Both the position numbers and the translations under genes were made by a program. Positions 63,745 through 64,000 of a stretch of 64,000 nt of DNA are shown here, piece by piece. The stretch's first letter is position 1, and every line of letters begins with the position of its first letter. The notes below the pieces were generated by a model that saw nothing but the letters and a program-made list of their open reading frames with translations, searched no databases and had not been told where the DNA came from. Source of the stretch: Octopus bimaculoides (taxonomy: Eukaryota); NCBI RefSeq assembly GCF_001194135.2, contig NC_068982.1, forward strand, positions 144,469,490-144,533,489. The letters run 5' to 3'.

Positions 63745-64000
63745 GACTGGTGTAGCAGCATCATAGTCAACTGCTACAAAGGTAAAGGGGACGCTTTAGA
63801 TACAAATAATTACAGAGGCATCAAGCTGTTAGATCAGGTTATGAAAGTAACAGAGAGGGTCATAGCCCAACTAATTAGGGAGCGAATCAATTTAGATGAG
63901 ATGCAGTTTGGGTTCGTGCCAGGTAAAAGCACTACTGATGCCTTATTTCTAGTGAGACGGTTGCAGGAGAAATACCTAGCTAAGGATAAACCTCTGTACC
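63745..64000 (+). mobile_element. RTE LINE reverse transcriptase N-terminal region, open frame to the window end
   Basis: DWCSSIIVNCYKGKGDALDTNNYRGIKLLDQVMKVTERVIAQLIRERINLDEMQFGFVPGKSTTDALFLVRRLQEKYLAKDKPLY, with no stop in 85 codons. Confidence 0.93.

Overview
AT-rich, gap-containing animal genomic DNA. The repeat content (abundant ~400-bp tRNA-SINE-like repeats, RTE LINE relics with (GAT)n tails, TTAA-flanked MITEs, dense microsatellites) resembles Octopus; that assignment comes from my recognition of the repeats, not from a search. No long host ORF exists, and almost all ORF-track entries are microsatellite or repeat artefacts. The only clearly protein-coding homology is transposon-derived: RTE, CR1/Jockey-like, an R4/Dong-like RLE element and a possible Hero-like fragment. 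Bases ~1-54,800 are visibly CpG-poor outside young repeats, while ~54,900-58,800 retain CpG and look like a promoter/first-intron region. Below that region I found by eye a series of short minus-strand segments with good splice signals, many of micro-exon size (14-58 nt), several of which join in compatible reading phase. They suggest an unidentified, micro-exon-rich gene spanning ~20-58 kb on the minus strand. This model is an inference and needs RNA-seq. Other points of interest are a duplicated intronic element with box C/D-like motifs, a near-perfect 74-bp-arm hairpin, nested or chimeric MITEs and a Helitron 3' end. No CRISPR, rRNA or bona fide tRNA gene was seen.
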